This document shows, piece after piece, positions 9,861 through 21,854 of a DNA stretch of 64,000 nucleotides. The stretch lies in NCBI RefSeq assembly GCF_000981445.1, contig NC_027217.1, forward strand, positions 1,612,001 through 1,676,000, given 5' to 3'. The number at the start of each line of letters is the position of its first letter. Positions within the stretch are counted from its first letter, which is position 1. Made by a program: the position numbers and the translations under genes. The stretch is from Babesia bigemina (Eukaryota). The notes beneath the pieces were generated by a model, which was not told where the DNA came from, did not search any database, and was given only the letters and a program-made list of their open reading frames with translations.

Positions 9861-12800
9861 ATGCGGGTTCGTCGAAGCGCGGAGCGCGACAGGCGCCGGC
9901 GGATCCTGGCAGTGCCGGAGATAGCCGCGTCGCCGCCCTGCGAGCTGACGACGGCCGCGCACATCAGTTCCACGGCTGTGGACGTGGACGAAGTCGTCTA
10001 CTGCGTGCTCGACAGCCTAGTCGACGGCAAGGCTGAGACGGAGAGAGCCGCGACCAGCACGATCCTGCGCTTCGCAAGGCTGCAGCAAGACTTCACAATC
10101 AGAGCCATCCTGTACTTCCTGGAAGTCCAGAAGACCACCGAGTCGCACCAGCATGCGCTGCTGGTGCTGCTGCGCAAGTGCATCACGCAGTCGCACGAGA
10201 CCATCCCGACGGGGCTGCTGCGGGATGTGCTGCTGTTCATGCTGAAGGAGCTCAACTTCCTCGGAGTCAGCGACGTGAGGCACTCGGTGATCATCGAGAC
10301 GGTCAACGAGACGGCGGTGCTCTGCCCGGCCTTCTCCGTCGAGGTGATTCTGGCCTTCATCCGCGACCTGCGGCAGGAAAGCGCCATCCCCACTGAGACG
10401 CTCTGCATTTACATCCGCGTGCTCACCCACGTCTTTGCGAAGGCGGCCAACAACGATTACATCAGGAGCGTGGACGTCGTAGGGCAGATACTGTCCCTCT
10501 ACGATCCGTCGACCATATGCGTGGAGTCGGGGGAGCTGTGCAAGAACCTAGTGTCCCTGCTGTGCACCCTCTCGAAGGCGCTCCACCCGCTGCAGGAGTG
10601 GCAGAGCGCAGAGGACGCTGCGTTCGCGCAGGTGTCGAACCAACTTGTAGAGGCGCTCTCGCTGGAGGATGTGGCACACCGGCGCTTCGCAGCATGGCAC
10701 GCGCGGTACCGGGCGTACCGCCTATCGGTGGACAAGCCACAAAACGTCCAGAGCGAGACCATGCCGCTGAATCAGCTTGGTGCGCTCATTGATGGGAGTA
10801 GTCCCGAGGAAACCGATGTTTTGTGGTCATCACGCTCTGCTGAACAGGGGTCGCAGCAGCCGCGGGACCGGCCTGTCGTGCGATCGGTGAGGCTGGGATC
10901 GCGCAAGCGAATCATATCGTTCGCCGCGGCGCTATATGCATCCAGATCGCTGTGCCAACATAGCGAGCAGAGTTCCGTGGGTTTGCGTGATGCCGAGAAC
11001 CCCGCTGTTGGCGCGCCGTCGTCGACGCTCACTCAGACCGTAGGGAGACACCAAAGCTCGATGGGGTTCGATAGCGCAATTGGAGCGCCTAACGTGGCAG
11101 ATGGGAATGCGTGGCGGACACCGACTGAGGTGGACGGCGGTGCAGCGGCAAGTAATCAGTTGAACGTGCAGCGTTCAGCAAGCTCTATAGGGACGGGTCA
11201 GGTCTCCAAGGAACAAGTGGGGCTGGGCCTTGCAAGCCAGAATGGGTTCCCCAGTTCGGGTAGCATGTTCAAGTTGGCTGCACTCGGAATGCCGATGTCG
11301 GAGGATGCTGGCGGTGCGAGGCACATGCCGCACCAAAAAGCCGGGTCGCGTAATGCACCTCGGACTGGAGCTCATATGGTTTTGCAGACTCTCAGCGGCC
11401 CAATGGGGATACCGACTGTGGGTGTACCTGCTGGATTCCACGATGTTCTGGCGCCGCTGTTCACGCTGCTGCTGGAGCGCTCCTTGGCGTCGATATACAC
11501 CAACCCGCCGTTCACCAGCACGTGCCTTGAGGCGCTGTTCGCCATGGCGCTGCTGTCGAAACACGTATCGGACGTGGCTATAGCGCGTTACGGCCTGTCG
11601 CTCCTGGACAGCGTTTTGGTGCGCTTCTACCAGTACCTGCCCAACACCCCCTACCAGCCGGTGGCGCGGCAGGGACGCAAGAGCGTGTGGATGTCGCTGC
11701 ACAAGGAGTCCAGTGACACATATCGCAACAAGATCGTCACCATATTCTCGTCACTCGGGTCGTACGGGGACAAGATAACCATGCTGCCGCCGGCGCCCCT
11801 GGTGATGTGCCTGCTGCACCTGTGCAAGGTGCTGCTGCGCAGGCGGCCTCACATCGTCGTCTGCCAGCTGCCGAACATATGCGAGGTGCTGTTCGGGCTC
11901 CTGATCGCCATGCACGGTTGCGGCAAGGTTGCGCTGCTGGCCTCGTGCGACAGCAGTTTCGTGTCCTACTACATCGACGAGGAGGACCTGCTGCTCAACC
12001 GCAGCGTAGGCAGCGCTTTTCTCGATGTAGGCTGCGCGTCGTCATGCAAGGACTTCGTGAGGACCGTGGTGGCGGCCTGCCGGTTCATGGCTTCAAGCGT
12101 CGACACCCGCTGCTACTTCCTGGAATTCTTGTTCCGCAAGGCGTTGAAAGGGTCGCCTAGGGAAGTTACGGTGGCACTGTTCATGTTGGGGTGGTCGTGC
12201 TCACATCCGCCGATATGTGAGGCCCTGACTGACTCCCGGAGGAGAAGCAGCGCGCCTGCCAGCCTCGGCGTCAGCGGTGCGGTGTTTTGGCGCCTCATTG
12301 ACGTCCTGCACACGCTACTAGGGCGCATGCCGGCGGCCTCTGCGCACCCGCACACGCTGCGTCTGCTGCTCGCCCTCATAAACCACCTGTCGCGAGGCGA
12401 CTGGCTGCTTTTACACTGCCTGGTTGGGTACCGCACCGCCCCCAACTACCCCGCCGACTTTTACCCCGAAAATGCAGCCATGCGGATAACCCGGCCTGTA
12501 TACGCGCTTATCGACTTCGTATTCAGCCTCAAGGTCGTGTACGACCTGGAGAAGAGGATAGGGGAGAACAACAACAAGGTCCGAGATCTGGGAATGAAGC
12601 TGGCATCGGGTTTCTTCCGGAAGATGTACTGCGGCCAGCATGCAACCAGTTACGACCTGAGCCTCTTGGTGTGTGGCAGCAGGAGTTTCGAAAAGTTTTT
12701 GCTGCCGCATTGCGGGGATCCCATGATCACATACCTCCTGCAGCTGCTGCTCACGAATTCGAAGATGAGCGTTTTCACGGTGCTTCGGTCGCTCTCGCAG

Positions 12801-15800
12801 CTCTTTGCCTGGGGCAATGCCGAGGCGTTCTCAGGGATGTGTTCCACAACAGTGTTCACGAGGGCGATGGCCTTTGTGCTGGTATATCTGCACGACCCCG
12901 TGAACTACTTCGGCGAGGCGTTCGCGGCCGCGAAGGTGCTGCCGTATCTGTCGGAGTTGGTGCTTGGTGAGCGACTTGAGCTGTGCGACGGCACTCGGCC
13001 TAAATCACACTACTGCGGATTAGACTCCTACGTACTATCGTTCGACCGCGGAGACTGCTATGGCCACCTGAGTGGAGTCGACCATATAGTGCTGCATTTC
13101 GAAAAGGTTTCGCGCCTGTTCCAGAAGATGGTCGCCCTGAGCTCGTTTGAGTCCGTAGCCGTGGTGATGGTCAACCAGCTTGCTAGGATATGCCAAAGCC
13201 TGAAGCCACCGACGACCACGTATGCGTCGCTGCTGAAACTGAGCAACGTGCAGGCGTCCAGTTCCTTGACGATGTACCACAGACTGGGCATTTTGCATAT
13301 TATGGCAGCTTGTTCCAGATGCTCCGTGGACCTCTGTTCGTCGCTCATTGATTTCCTCCTGGGGTTCAGAGGGCAGGCTTCGCAGGTCGCCTGGGATGCT
13401 AAATTCAGCTCAGACTCGGGAGTGCCTCCGTTTTCAACCGTGTTGGGCAAATGGGCGCCCCTGACATTGAACGTGTGCGAGCAGATGCGTTACACCATGC
13501 TGCAGTTGCACGAGTTCAACCGCCACTCTGCACAAGCTGCAGCTGGCAACAACGGTAGCCCCACAGCGAATGGCGTTATATCCACCAAATACCCTGAAAA
13601 CGTCGACCGATGTTCTGAGGACATCTCAATTGACCTTTCGCTACAGGATGACCGTCTGTACTTCACAGTGCAAGCAGATGATTACCTGCATCACGAGTCA
13701 CAGACACTTCGCGGCCTTATTTTGGGCGCGCTGGGGATGCACCAGCAGTACTACCACTGTGTGCTCTGGAAGGTCTACTACGGGTTGCGAAGCCGGCTTC
13801 CCGGAAGCGCTGTGATCTTCACGAAGTTTGCCACTCTGAGTTTCGGTGAAGACCTAAAGGTGGTCGCGCTCACTGCCCTGGCGTACCTGTACGCTCGAGC
13901 CCCTGCCAACCTGGTAGATGCGGGCATGATGACAGGGTTGCATGTCAACCATTCTGAAACGGCTTATGACACGGAAAGACCGACGCCAGTTGCGTCACCA
14001 GTCTCCAGATATATCGAGCAGCTGGCAACCCCAACTGATGAGGCGGCATTGGTGGACATGTATACCTTCTGTTTCCGAGAGGGTTGTGAGAAGGCGGTGT
14101 GCACTGACCTGGCAGGGGACAACGGTCTGCTGCGGTGCGTGGTGGCGCCCATGCTCTTCTTCCTCTTACACGAGACCGACATAGGGACACAGCACGCAGT
14201 CGCACGAGCGTTACATTACGTCATGCGCGCCGCAAAGTCGAATCATGCTGCTCGTGCGATATGCAGGTTCCCATATGTTGCTCTGAACCGCGTACTGTAT
14301 TTCGTTGCAAGTCTAACTTCTCGCGACTTTGCCGCCAACCAGCTGTACGACCCGACGCCTATACGACAGCAGTGCGCACATATGTTCAACCGAGCTCGAT
14401 GGGATCTCAACTTCCCGGCAGTGCGTGCATTCGAGTCGGCCCCCCTCAAGCCTGCTGCAGACGGAGTTACATGCTCGAACGTGGCGTTGGCGTTTTTCAG
14501 CGCAACGTGCCTGCTCTCCGACTACGTGACATCGGCGGACGATGTTTTGCCGGTTCTGCATCTGGTGTTGTCCTTCGGCGATGTTTGGGAGGGGCTCAAA
14601 AGGCTGCCAAGCAGTTCGTCAGACCAGTTGAGCGCGTCGGGCTCCATTGATGTCAAAGCACTCACCGTTCGCTTCATGAAAAATTGTGTCGCCAAGGCCG
14701 GGTGGAAGCGGTTGTCACAAGTACTGTCAATGGCGCTATTTATGAGCGAAGGTTTCCCTGCCGGCATGGTCGAGCATAGAGTCTCTTTGGTCCTTGGGCT
14801 TCTGAGTGATATGGAGCCATCCTCTGTAACCAAGGTACACGAAGATGACTTTCACAGTGGAAATAACATACAAGGTAGTTTGGAGCATACATCTGATGGT
14901 TCAGAGGTAATTGATGCGGTAAAGGGCGATTCAGCGCCATTATCTGCGACTGACCATGTCGAAACTGGCCTTGCGGCAGCAGATGCGCAACAATCAGCGG
15001 AGTCGTCACCGCAGGAAAACCAGCACGAGGTTCTTACTGTGCAGAACAATGTAAAAAACGCAGCGAAAATAAATGCGGCTGATGACGGGGAGGAGGAACA
15101 TTGGGGTTTCGTTGACTGCGTGCTGCTGCTTTGGGCACACATGCTGCACCTTGAGTACGGAAGCAAAATGAGAGAGGCACTGCACGCGTGTCTTAAAAAG
15201 TTGCTTTGCTTTGAAAAATCAGGTCAATCGTTGTTCGCTGCATCGGAGGATCATCTGGACAAAGCTATTGCGCTAGACAAGACTGTAGCTGGCCCAGCAG
15301 GTCAAGAGCCGTTTGTCACCGCCATCACTCACGGAGCACAAACAGCGTTGAATGCAGGCGACATGCGCGGGGCAGAGAAGAGTGAGCCGCAATACAGCAA
15401 CATACCTGCCGTGACCACGGAGGTGGGAAATAAGACACCATCCAAACTGCCGTACATTGCGAATGTCGAACGGATAGACCTGTTGATACCGAAGGGGTCG
15501 TTAATGATGGCGCTGCTTTGCTGCATGAAATATCTCTCCGCCTCAAGCTGCCTGTCTGGACCTTTTGCGAACATCCTGCAGCTAATATTGCAGCAGAGGT
15601 ATTCAGACCTGGACCACCAGCACCTGGAGTCAATCCTGGCAACCATATTCAGCAACTTCTCCAGCTCATTCGAGAGCCATGAGGTGCCGTGTTCCACGCA
15701 TAACTTTGTTGTGGACCTCGCCCAGACGGATTTCGAAGTGCTCTGCAACGTTATCTTCGCACCGAATTGCAATTATTCAAAGAGCTTCAAACTTTCAGTT

Positions 15801-18800
15801 ACGGCGCTCATAACGCACGACCCCTTCCTGACACTGCAGTTGCTTGACTTTTTGGAAAGGTGCATGATGGCTGGGTACCAGCATTTGGGGTATGCACGTC
15901 ACAGCGTCTCCATGGACTATATTATGGACTTCGTGGGGCACATATACGTGAATTGCGACGCCGGAATATTGCACTCTGATGAAGGGGTCAGATTTGTCAC
16001 GACACTCGTAATCCATTCCTTATGCATCACGAGATCCAACTCAAGAGATTCATTACCCACTTTGCAGCGCTTGGCAGCGCTCGTGGGTCAATTGGGAGCA
16101 CGTGTCAATGCTATCCGTCATGGATTGGACGCAAAAGAGCACGTTAACGTGGAGCCAAAAGGTATGCAACAGGGAAATGGCAATGTTGAGGCAACAAAGG
16201 AAGACAATAATCTTCGTCGGGTGGCTTCGAAGCTACGCCGTAGCTGCAGGTCGTTAGTTACATCGTCGGAATCGCACCAACAGCAATTTTTACGGTTACT
16301 GGATCGTCTGTTGCATTGCCAAAATGAGTTTAAGCGGGGACTGCTCTCCGCTTGCCTCTCTATTTTATGCAACCTCTTGCGTGAAAAGGCATTAAGGCGT
16401 TACACAACAGCGATAATAGGGATTATCAAGAAGATTGGGTCTCTCAAAGAGCTGCGGAAATTCTACTACCGATCTGTGCACTATTTTTTGCTGGGTTTGG
16501 ATGGTGCGGAATGTGGATTGTACACGCATAATTGCATCCTCAAGGGGTACCGTAGGCGCCGTGCGAAGGTTAATGGGAGCATTAAGTTAAATATATCCGC
16601 GGACGGTGACGATGTATATTTAAGAACTGAGCTACTTAGTGCAGTCAGAAATGATGGCGGTGCAAATTCACCGACCACGGCACTGGCATTGGGAGCCTTT
16701 TCGAAAGGGAGGACGGAAAATTCCATCAATTTGCTGCAATCGCTTTTGGACGAACTGACGGCTTCGTTGATGAATGATCTTTCGAAGCCGCCATCGGTTG
16801 GCAATATGCACTGTCTGGAAAGAGCGGCGTCAAGTTTGATAAGGTTCGTGACTGAGAGCAGGGGTTACCGAGTGCGCGATTTCCGTGCTTTGGTGGCGCA
16901 GTTGCTTCGGATGCACACAGTGCTGATCGGCACCGACCAGCGCGTGCTTTGCGCCTTTGCGGAACTGTATCTGGCAATAGCAGATTGGCTGGAATCATGC
17001 ATTTCGCGAGGTTATGTTATGCCCGTCGAAGTACAGCGGCACCTCCTGCCTCCGCTGGGCCTGTCGATTCTGCACGGGTCGGTCTCAATGCGCTCTCAAA
17101 GAAAATATAGACGGCTGACCCGCGTACTTGCTGGGCTGTTAAGTGACGCATTCCCTATTCCGTTAAGCGTGAACTCGTCCAGTCGTGGTTGGTTGAAGTC
17201 GGTGCTGTTGCGGCGGCCATTTGCGGCGCATTCGAAATTCCCCTATCTGCAGCTGTGCATGTGCGGTTGTAACAATCCGGAACTGACTCACACGACCGGT
17301 GAACGTTTTTGCGTATGCCATGCCTTTTACTTGCTCGACCTGTTCAGCAGCTGCTTCCCGAGCTACTGTTGGAACGTGGAACTCGGAATGACGGAGAACA
17401 TCGATTCGGAGATTGCGCGTCTACGGCGGGACGAACATGTGAAGCGCACGTCGCAAGTGCTCTTCGGTAGCCTAAACGATTTCACTCCGAGCCAATCGCT
17501 GGTGCTGGGTGACCTGGGATCGATGTCGCGAGATGAGACGTTCACGGACGAGAGTGGTGACTTTGTTGATATAAGCTCCGCTTACAAGGTGCGGGTCGAA
17601 CACTACAAGTCGGGATCACAGCGCAATGCACTATCTAACATGACGTCTAGTCAATCGTTGGGAGCTATGATGACGGCGAGGTCGATGCGTAGCTCGTCTT
17701 TCAACAACGCATACTTTGACCACAAGGAATACAACGAAAGCCATGCGGTGGACGTCTCATCCGGGAGAAGTGGGGGACCCCTCCGTGCCATGTCCGCCGA
17801 CTCAAAACGCGTCGGCATACATACGCAAGGCAATATATATACGAAGTTATTAAGCTTATCGCCGTCGCGTTCGTTTGACAATATAAGGACGGTAGCATCG
17901 GCCACACCACGTGAAGCAGAAATGCCATTATGGCTCGACTTGAGTCTGCCGAACCACGATGCTAAACGCTTCCTTTATCAACAGTCTCCACACGCATCGA
18001 GGGGTGTTATTGGTGATGAATCGCAGCTCAATGAAGAAGCTGAGAATGAGTCGCCTGTCCGCGTTGCCTCGCACGGAGACGTGGGCGTCAATCTCAATTC
18101 GTCATGCGGCAGCCTTTGCACTAGCCTTGACGTACCCATTGACCATGTCAGCGATCCCTCTCGTGTTTCAGAAGTTTCTACGACTCTTCAAAGGAGCCTA
18201 ATGTTCGGGCACCAATATGGCGAAGGACCTGTAGGTGAAGCATCCATGCAACTGAGTACGAGTGATTTGGGTGATTCTATAAGCGAAATTGATGCTTCGC
18301 CCTCCTACGGCTACCCACAAGCAGAACTCAGTTTTGATAAAAACAGGATTCGCCTGAACAGGGCAAAAAGAGACGTTTCGAACTCGCGTGGTTCATCAGA
18401 AGAGCACCTCAGTGTTACGGGTTCAAGTCGGAGCGCTTTGTCATATCCTTTGTCCTACGCAAATGCTGGGATCGCCGAATTCAGCGAGTACAAGCCACCT
18501 GTATTGGTAAAAAAAGGTTTGACAGAGGAGATAATGAAAATAGAAGACAGCTTGATTCCCTCTGCATACATCGGTTCTCTCCGAAGCTTAAGTTTCAGGT
18601 GGCCTTCAAGAAAACGTTCTCTGGGCAAGGCACTGAATTCTTTGCCATGCTTACCGTCGCTGTTACCCATTTTAACCATCGCAGATTTCCAGGTCGAAAT
18701 TGACGGGCATCTGCGTAGAATAAATGTGTTTAATGGCGAACGCAAGAATAGCCTTAAGTCATTCGACACGTCGACAGTCGGGCAAAGTCTCTCCTTTTTC

Positions 18801-19346
18801 GACATATCGAATCTTGAATGCATCTGGAACACCACTCTGTATACTTCACCCATGGTATACCGGTTCATGCTTCTCAGCAAATATCTTAATAGACCCAAAA
18901 TATATGCCTGCATTCGCGAGGATCAAGGTGTTTCACGTCCTCCACCAGGTCAGGGGGCAGTCACCCCCACTGTGGCATCTCCCTATACTGCGGCGCAGCC
19001 AGATCGGCCAGCGAGTCTTGGCTGCGATCAACCGCAGGAGCCAACGGTCCCGGAGAGTGTGATGATTAATGCAGTTCGAGGTGCAGCTGCTATTCTGCAT
19101 ATGGCGCTACTGCACCTGACAAACGAGGAAGTTGTTTTGCGTCAGCACATCGTCGACAAATGGCCACGCTGCTTCTTGGAAATGGCACGCTATAATGCGG
19201 TGCTGCATTTCGAGGCACTGGCGCAGACTGTCAGCAAGCAGCTTTGCAAAATGCTGGAAGGGTCCTCCGGACTTTTGAAACGCGTTCTGCTGGAGTCGAT
19301 GGAGATGTTCGCGGTGGTGCTCTCGAGCTCCAATCCTGACACTTAG
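9861..19346 (+). CDS. Giant alpha-solenoid protein (3161 aa); N-terminus resembles Maestro heat-like repeat (MROH1/SGR6) proteins
   Basis: Uninterrupted 9.5-kb ORF made of Leu-rich amphipathic helices. VVYCVLDSLVDGKAETERAATSTILRFARLQQDFTIRAILYFL resembles the MROH N-terminal HEAT region. The CDS is secure; the family assignment is tentative. Confidence 0.75.
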   Translation: MRVRRSAERDRRRRILAVPEIAASPPCELTTAAHISSTAVDVDEVVYCVLDSLVDGKAETERAATSTILRFARLQQDFTIRAILYFLEVQKTTESHQHALLVLLRKCITQSHETIPTGLLRDVLLFMLKELNFLGVSDVRHSVIIETVNETAVLCPAFSVEVILAFIRDLRQESAIPTETLCIYIRVLTHVFAKAANNDYIRSVDVVGQILSLYDPSTICVESGELCKNLVSLLCTLSKALHPLQEWQSAEDAAFAQVSNQLVEALSLEDVAHRRFAAWHARYRAYRLSVDKPQNVQSETMPLNQLGALIDGSSPEETDVLWSSRSAEQGSQQPRDRPVVRSVRLGSRKRIISFAAALYASRSLCQHSEQSSVGLRDAENPAVGAPSSTLTQTVGRHQSSMGFDSAIGAPNVADGNAWRTPTEVDGGAAASNQLNVQRSASSIGTGQVSKEQVGLGLASQNGFPSSGSMFKLAALGMPMSEDAGGARHMPHQKAGSRNAPRTGAHMVLQTLSGPMGIPTVGVPAGFHDVLAPLFTLLLERSLASIYTNPPFTSTCLEALFAMALLSKHVSDVAIARYGLSLLDSVLVRFYQYLPNTPYQPVARQGRKSVWMSLHKESSDTYRNKIVTIFSSLGSYGDKITMLPPAPLVMCLLHLCKVLLRRRPHIVVCQLPNICEVLFGLLIAMHGCGKVALLASCDSSFVSYYIDEEDLLLNRSVGSAFLDVGCASSCKDFVRTVVAACRFMASSVDTRCYFLEFLFRKALKGSPREVTVALFMLGWSCSHPPICEALTDSRRRSSAPASLGVSGAVFWRLIDVLHTLLGRMPAASAHPHTLRLLLALINHLSRGDWLLLHCLVGYRTAPNYPADFYPENAAMRITRPVYALIDFVFSLKVVYDLEKRIGENNNKVRDLGMKLASGFFRKMYCGQHATSYDLSLLVCGSRSFEKFLLPHCGDPMITYLLQLLLTNSKMSVFTVLRSLSQLFAWGNAEAFSGMCSTTVFTRAMAFVLVYLHDPVNYFGEAFAAAKVLPYLSELVLGERLELCDGTRPKSHYCGLDSYVLSFDRGDCYGHLSGVDHIVLHFEKVSRLFQKMVALSSFESVAVVMVNQLARICQSLKPPTTTYASLLKLSNVQASSSLTMYHRLGILHIMAACSRCSVDLCSSLIDFLLGFRGQASQVAWDAKFSSDSGVPPFSTVLGKWAPLTLNVCEQMRYTMLQLHEFNRHSAQAAAGNNGSPTANGVISTKYPENVDRCSEDISIDLSLQDDRLYFTVQADDYLHHESQTLRGLILGALGMHQQYYHCVLWKVYYGLRSRLPGSAVIFTKFATLSFGEDLKVVALTALAYLYARAPANLVDAGMMTGLHVNHSETAYDTERPTPVASPVSRYIEQLATPTDEAALVDMYTFCFREGCEKAVCTDLAGDNGLLRCVVAPMLFFLLHETDIGTQHAVARALHYVMRAAKSNHAARAICRFPYVALNRVLYFVASLTSRDFAANQLYDPTPIRQQCAHMFNRARWDLNFPAVRAFESAPLKPAADGVTCSNVALAFFSATCLLSDYVTSADDVLPVLHLVLSFGDVWEGLKRLPSSSSDQLSASGSIDVKALTVRFMKNCVAKAGWKRLSQVLSMALFMSEGFPAGMVEHRVSLVLGLLSDMEPSSVTKVHEDDFHSGNNIQGSLEHTSDGSEVIDAVKGDSAPLSATDHVETGLAAADAQQSAESSPQENQHEVLTVQNNVKNAAKINAADDGEEEHWGFVDCVLLLWAHMLHLEYGSKMREALHACLKKLLCFEKSGQSLFAASEDHLDKAIALDKTVAGPAGQEPFVTAITHGAQTALNAGDMRGAEKSEPQYSNIPAVTTEVGNKTPSKLPYIANVERIDLLIPKGSLMMALLCCMKYLSASSCLSGPFANILQLILQQRYSDLDHQHLESILATIFSNFSSSFESHEVPCSTHNFVVDLAQTDFEVLCNVIFAPNCNYSKSFKLSVTALITHDPFLTLQLLDFLERCMMAGYQHLGYARHSVSMDYIMDFVGHIYVNCDAGILHSDEGVRFVTTLVIHSLCITRSNSRDSLPTLQRLAALVGQLGARVNAIRHGLDAKEHVNVEPKGMQQGNGNVEATKEDNNLRRVASKLRRSCRSLVTSSESHQQQFLRLLDRLLHCQNEFKRGLLSACLSILCNLLREKALRRYTTAIIGIIKKIGSLKELRKFYYRSVHYFLLGLDGAECGLYTHNCILKGYRRRRAKVNGSIKLNISADGDDVYLRTELLSAVRNDGGANSPTTALALGAFSKGRTENSINLLQSLLDELTASLMNDLSKPPSVGNMHCLERAASSLIRFVTESRGYRVRDFRALVAQLLRMHTVLIGTDQRVLCAFAELYLAIADWLESCISRGYVMPVEVQRHLLPPLGLSILHGSVSMRSQRKYRRLTRVLAGLLSDAFPIPLSVNSSSRGWLKSVLLRRPFAAHSKFPYLQLCMCGCNNPELTHTTGERFCVCHAFYLLDLFSSCFPSYCWNVELGMTENIDSEIARLRRDEHVKRTSQVLFGSLNDFTPSQSLVLGDLGSMSRDETFTDESGDFVDISSAYKVRVEHYKSGSQRNALSNMTSSQSLGAMMTARSMRSSSFNNAYFDHKEYNESHAVDVSSGRSGGPLRAMSADSKRVGIHTQGNIYTKLLSLSPSRSFDNIRTVASATPREAEMPLWLDLSLPNHDAKRFLYQQSPHASRGVIGDESQLNEEAENESPVRVASHGDVGVNLNSSCGSLCTSLDVPIDHVSDPSRVSEVSTTLQRSLMFGHQYGEGPVGEASMQLSTSDLGDSISEIDASPSYGYPQAELSFDKNRIRLNRAKRDVSNSRGSSEEHLSVTGSSRSALSYPLSYANAGIAEFSEYKPPVLVKKGLTEEIMKIEDSLIPSAYIGSLRSLSFRWPSRKRSLGKALNSLPCLPSLLPILTIADFQVEIDGHLRRINVFNGERKNSLKSFDTSTVGQSLSFFDISNLECIWNTTLYTSPMVYRFMLLSKYLNRPKIYACIREDQGVSRPPPGQGAVTPTVASPYTAAQPDRPASLGCDQPQEPTVPESVMINAVRGAAAILHMALLHLTNEEVVLRQHIVDKWPRCFLEMARYNAVLHFEALAQTVSKQLCKMLEGSSGLLKRVLLESMEMFAVVLSSSNPDT

Positions 19347-21854
19347 TGCGCTGCACCGCTGGAACTCTCCAGCGTTAACTACACTCCAACAAGGAGCACA
19401 CTAGGTCCTGAAGGAACCATGTATTCGTTAAAATTGATGTAAAAATATTGCTGCTGTTTACATTGTATGTCACGTATGGGTGGTATTCTGATCTATGTCG
19501 TCCTGTTAGTATTCAGCTAGACCCTTCACACAACTTAGAAAATTGAGGTATCGGAGTCACTGAAACGACATTAAGTGATGCTAAATGCGCAATTCACATA
19601 GCTTGACGGTGAAAATGACGGCCAAGGGTGAGGGGTCCATGCCTATCACCTAATAACGGAGCAGAAGACGATAGACTATTGTTACAATAGTTAAGTGAAA
19701 AATAACAAGCAAAATTACATCACAGATGCTGAGAAGCTTTTACCAGTCGCACGACTATTACGGCATACGTAGACATGATATACTCGTTATTGGGACAACG
19801 GAATGAGAGTCAGGCACTGCTTGGTGCGCTAACTCACCGCAGCATATGAAGATACGCCGTTATCAGTAGCAGTGACCGAAACTACAAGCAGCTATTAATG
19901 CCACACCATGTGGAATAAGCCTTGGCAAATGTTATTTTGCGGTAGGGCACTATTTCTTACGGCGATGTTAAAGACAGTGCCCCACGGGTAACTGCTGAAA
20001 CCGGACGTACAGTACCAGCCATTATATGAGCTAATATGTCGAAAAGCGATGCTAAGGAACCACAATGGATGCGTGAGCTAGAGGAGGTGAGGACATCTTT
20101 GTGGCGACGTCGTGGGGTTGCCGTGATTTCTACCCTACTACAACTTTAATAATCCGAGGCGCCCATTGCCGGACTTGGAGAAATTATGTACGGAGGAAAG
20201 CAATAGGAGCGTTATCATAGGACAATGTACAGAATAGGCGCACCGGATAAGATACCTTTGCGAGAGTCGCAGTTACAGGTGAACCAAGCTTTAAAACGCA
20301 GACAACCGGAGTCACAAAATTGCCCCACACTTGGACTACACGCACACTGGACACCCACATTAGTATCTACCGGCTACATAAATCGTTAGAATAACAGCCA
20401 CGCACAGTTTTGATAACTTAAGCTGATGGCGGTACCAGTTGGGTTAATCAAGCGCTTGACTGCCGCTGTAGAGACCGATAATGATATAATTGTTTTTGTA
20501 TACGCTGCATGACTCTCCGATGTTGTGAAATGCATTTTACTACCCTGTCTCAGGGGTGCACGAGACAGTGGGTAAGCATGTCTGCACCGCACACTCCACT
20601 GCACTGTACACAGAAGGAATATAAACATCTCAATGTACTTTCCTTTATTATCTTCCTGACAAGTGTTGCAAACTGTAATACGCGCGCGTGTAACTCGCAA
20701 TGTGCAGGATCTAGCGTTGTATTAGTTACGTAACATGCGTACATGAGACAGCGGACGTGACTGCTGCCTTGGAAGCTGTAAATGGTCATCATGAATTCGC
20801 AGAGTAATCAGCATGACAGGTGAACTTCCGAGGGTCCAGTGTCTAACGATGTTTCCAGAGGTTGCGACTAGAAATCGCATCGAACCTTGGGATTTGCAAG
20901 ATGTTGAGTGACTCATTCTCCAGCAAGCGCATCATAGCGATCGTCTATTGCACGCACGGTCACTGATTTCATTTATCGCAGCTTGATACGGCTGTTCCAG
21001 TCTAGAGGAGGTTTCGCACCCGGTGTATTCGGGCCTGCATCCTACACGTTGTCCTCTACGGTGGCGGCCAATGGGAGAGGTAATTGAGGTTAAATACGTT
21101 ACAAATCATTTATCAGGTGTATAGTTTATTGCTTCGAATACGCGTTCAAAAGTGTCGAGACGAGTCAAGTTCGACTTCATGGATCGCCTCCGAGACGACC
21201 ACTCCGTGGATCCACAACACCTTGCGATCCGCCATTCTGGCACTCTCGGGATATCGTATACATTGATGATTTCAATCGGCTAATCAGCCATCACCGATCG
21301 CAGTATACGCTTCGCCGCGTCGGTGGCAGGAGCAAGGCCTGAGGTGACACCCGAGATTGTGGCAATGGCAATTTCAAAGTATCTACTAATTGGGAGACAG
21401 CGACATTTAAATTGTATGCTGTAAACCGCTACACCACGGTCGGATAAGTGGAGTTGATGGGTTGCGTTGAGCAGGCTGTCAGGCACGTGGAATGCTGAGT
21501 GGATGCCGCAGGTTGGGTTGTCCAGGCCTGTAGCTTGGAAGGGCCATACTAGGTTTTGATTGATCCTCAAGGTGATTGGAATTTTAAAAAATGTTAATAG
21601 GTGACATTCTATGAATATTCCAGATTGCGTAATTGAATGCCTCGGCTGTGGGTCATTTAGTCTAACATTGCGTAAGCCTTTAAATCATCGCCGTTGGCTA
21701 TACGCGAACAGACCTTGCAGGGTTAACCGCAAAATAGTTGTGAACCCGCTTTACACGAGCTATACGGTTGCTTTGGCTTAGTTTTTAATAACATCTTGTC
21801 CAAGAATGCAAACAACTTGTTGAGTTTAAGGCTTAGTAGCACCAGTAGTCAATG

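Noticed and set aside
21230..21345. IVYIDD peptide in a short + frame resembling a reverse-transcriptase YxDD motif
   Set aside because: The frame is short and lacks the other RT motifs (for example PFG/QG), and there are no LTRs or integrase; most likely chance.
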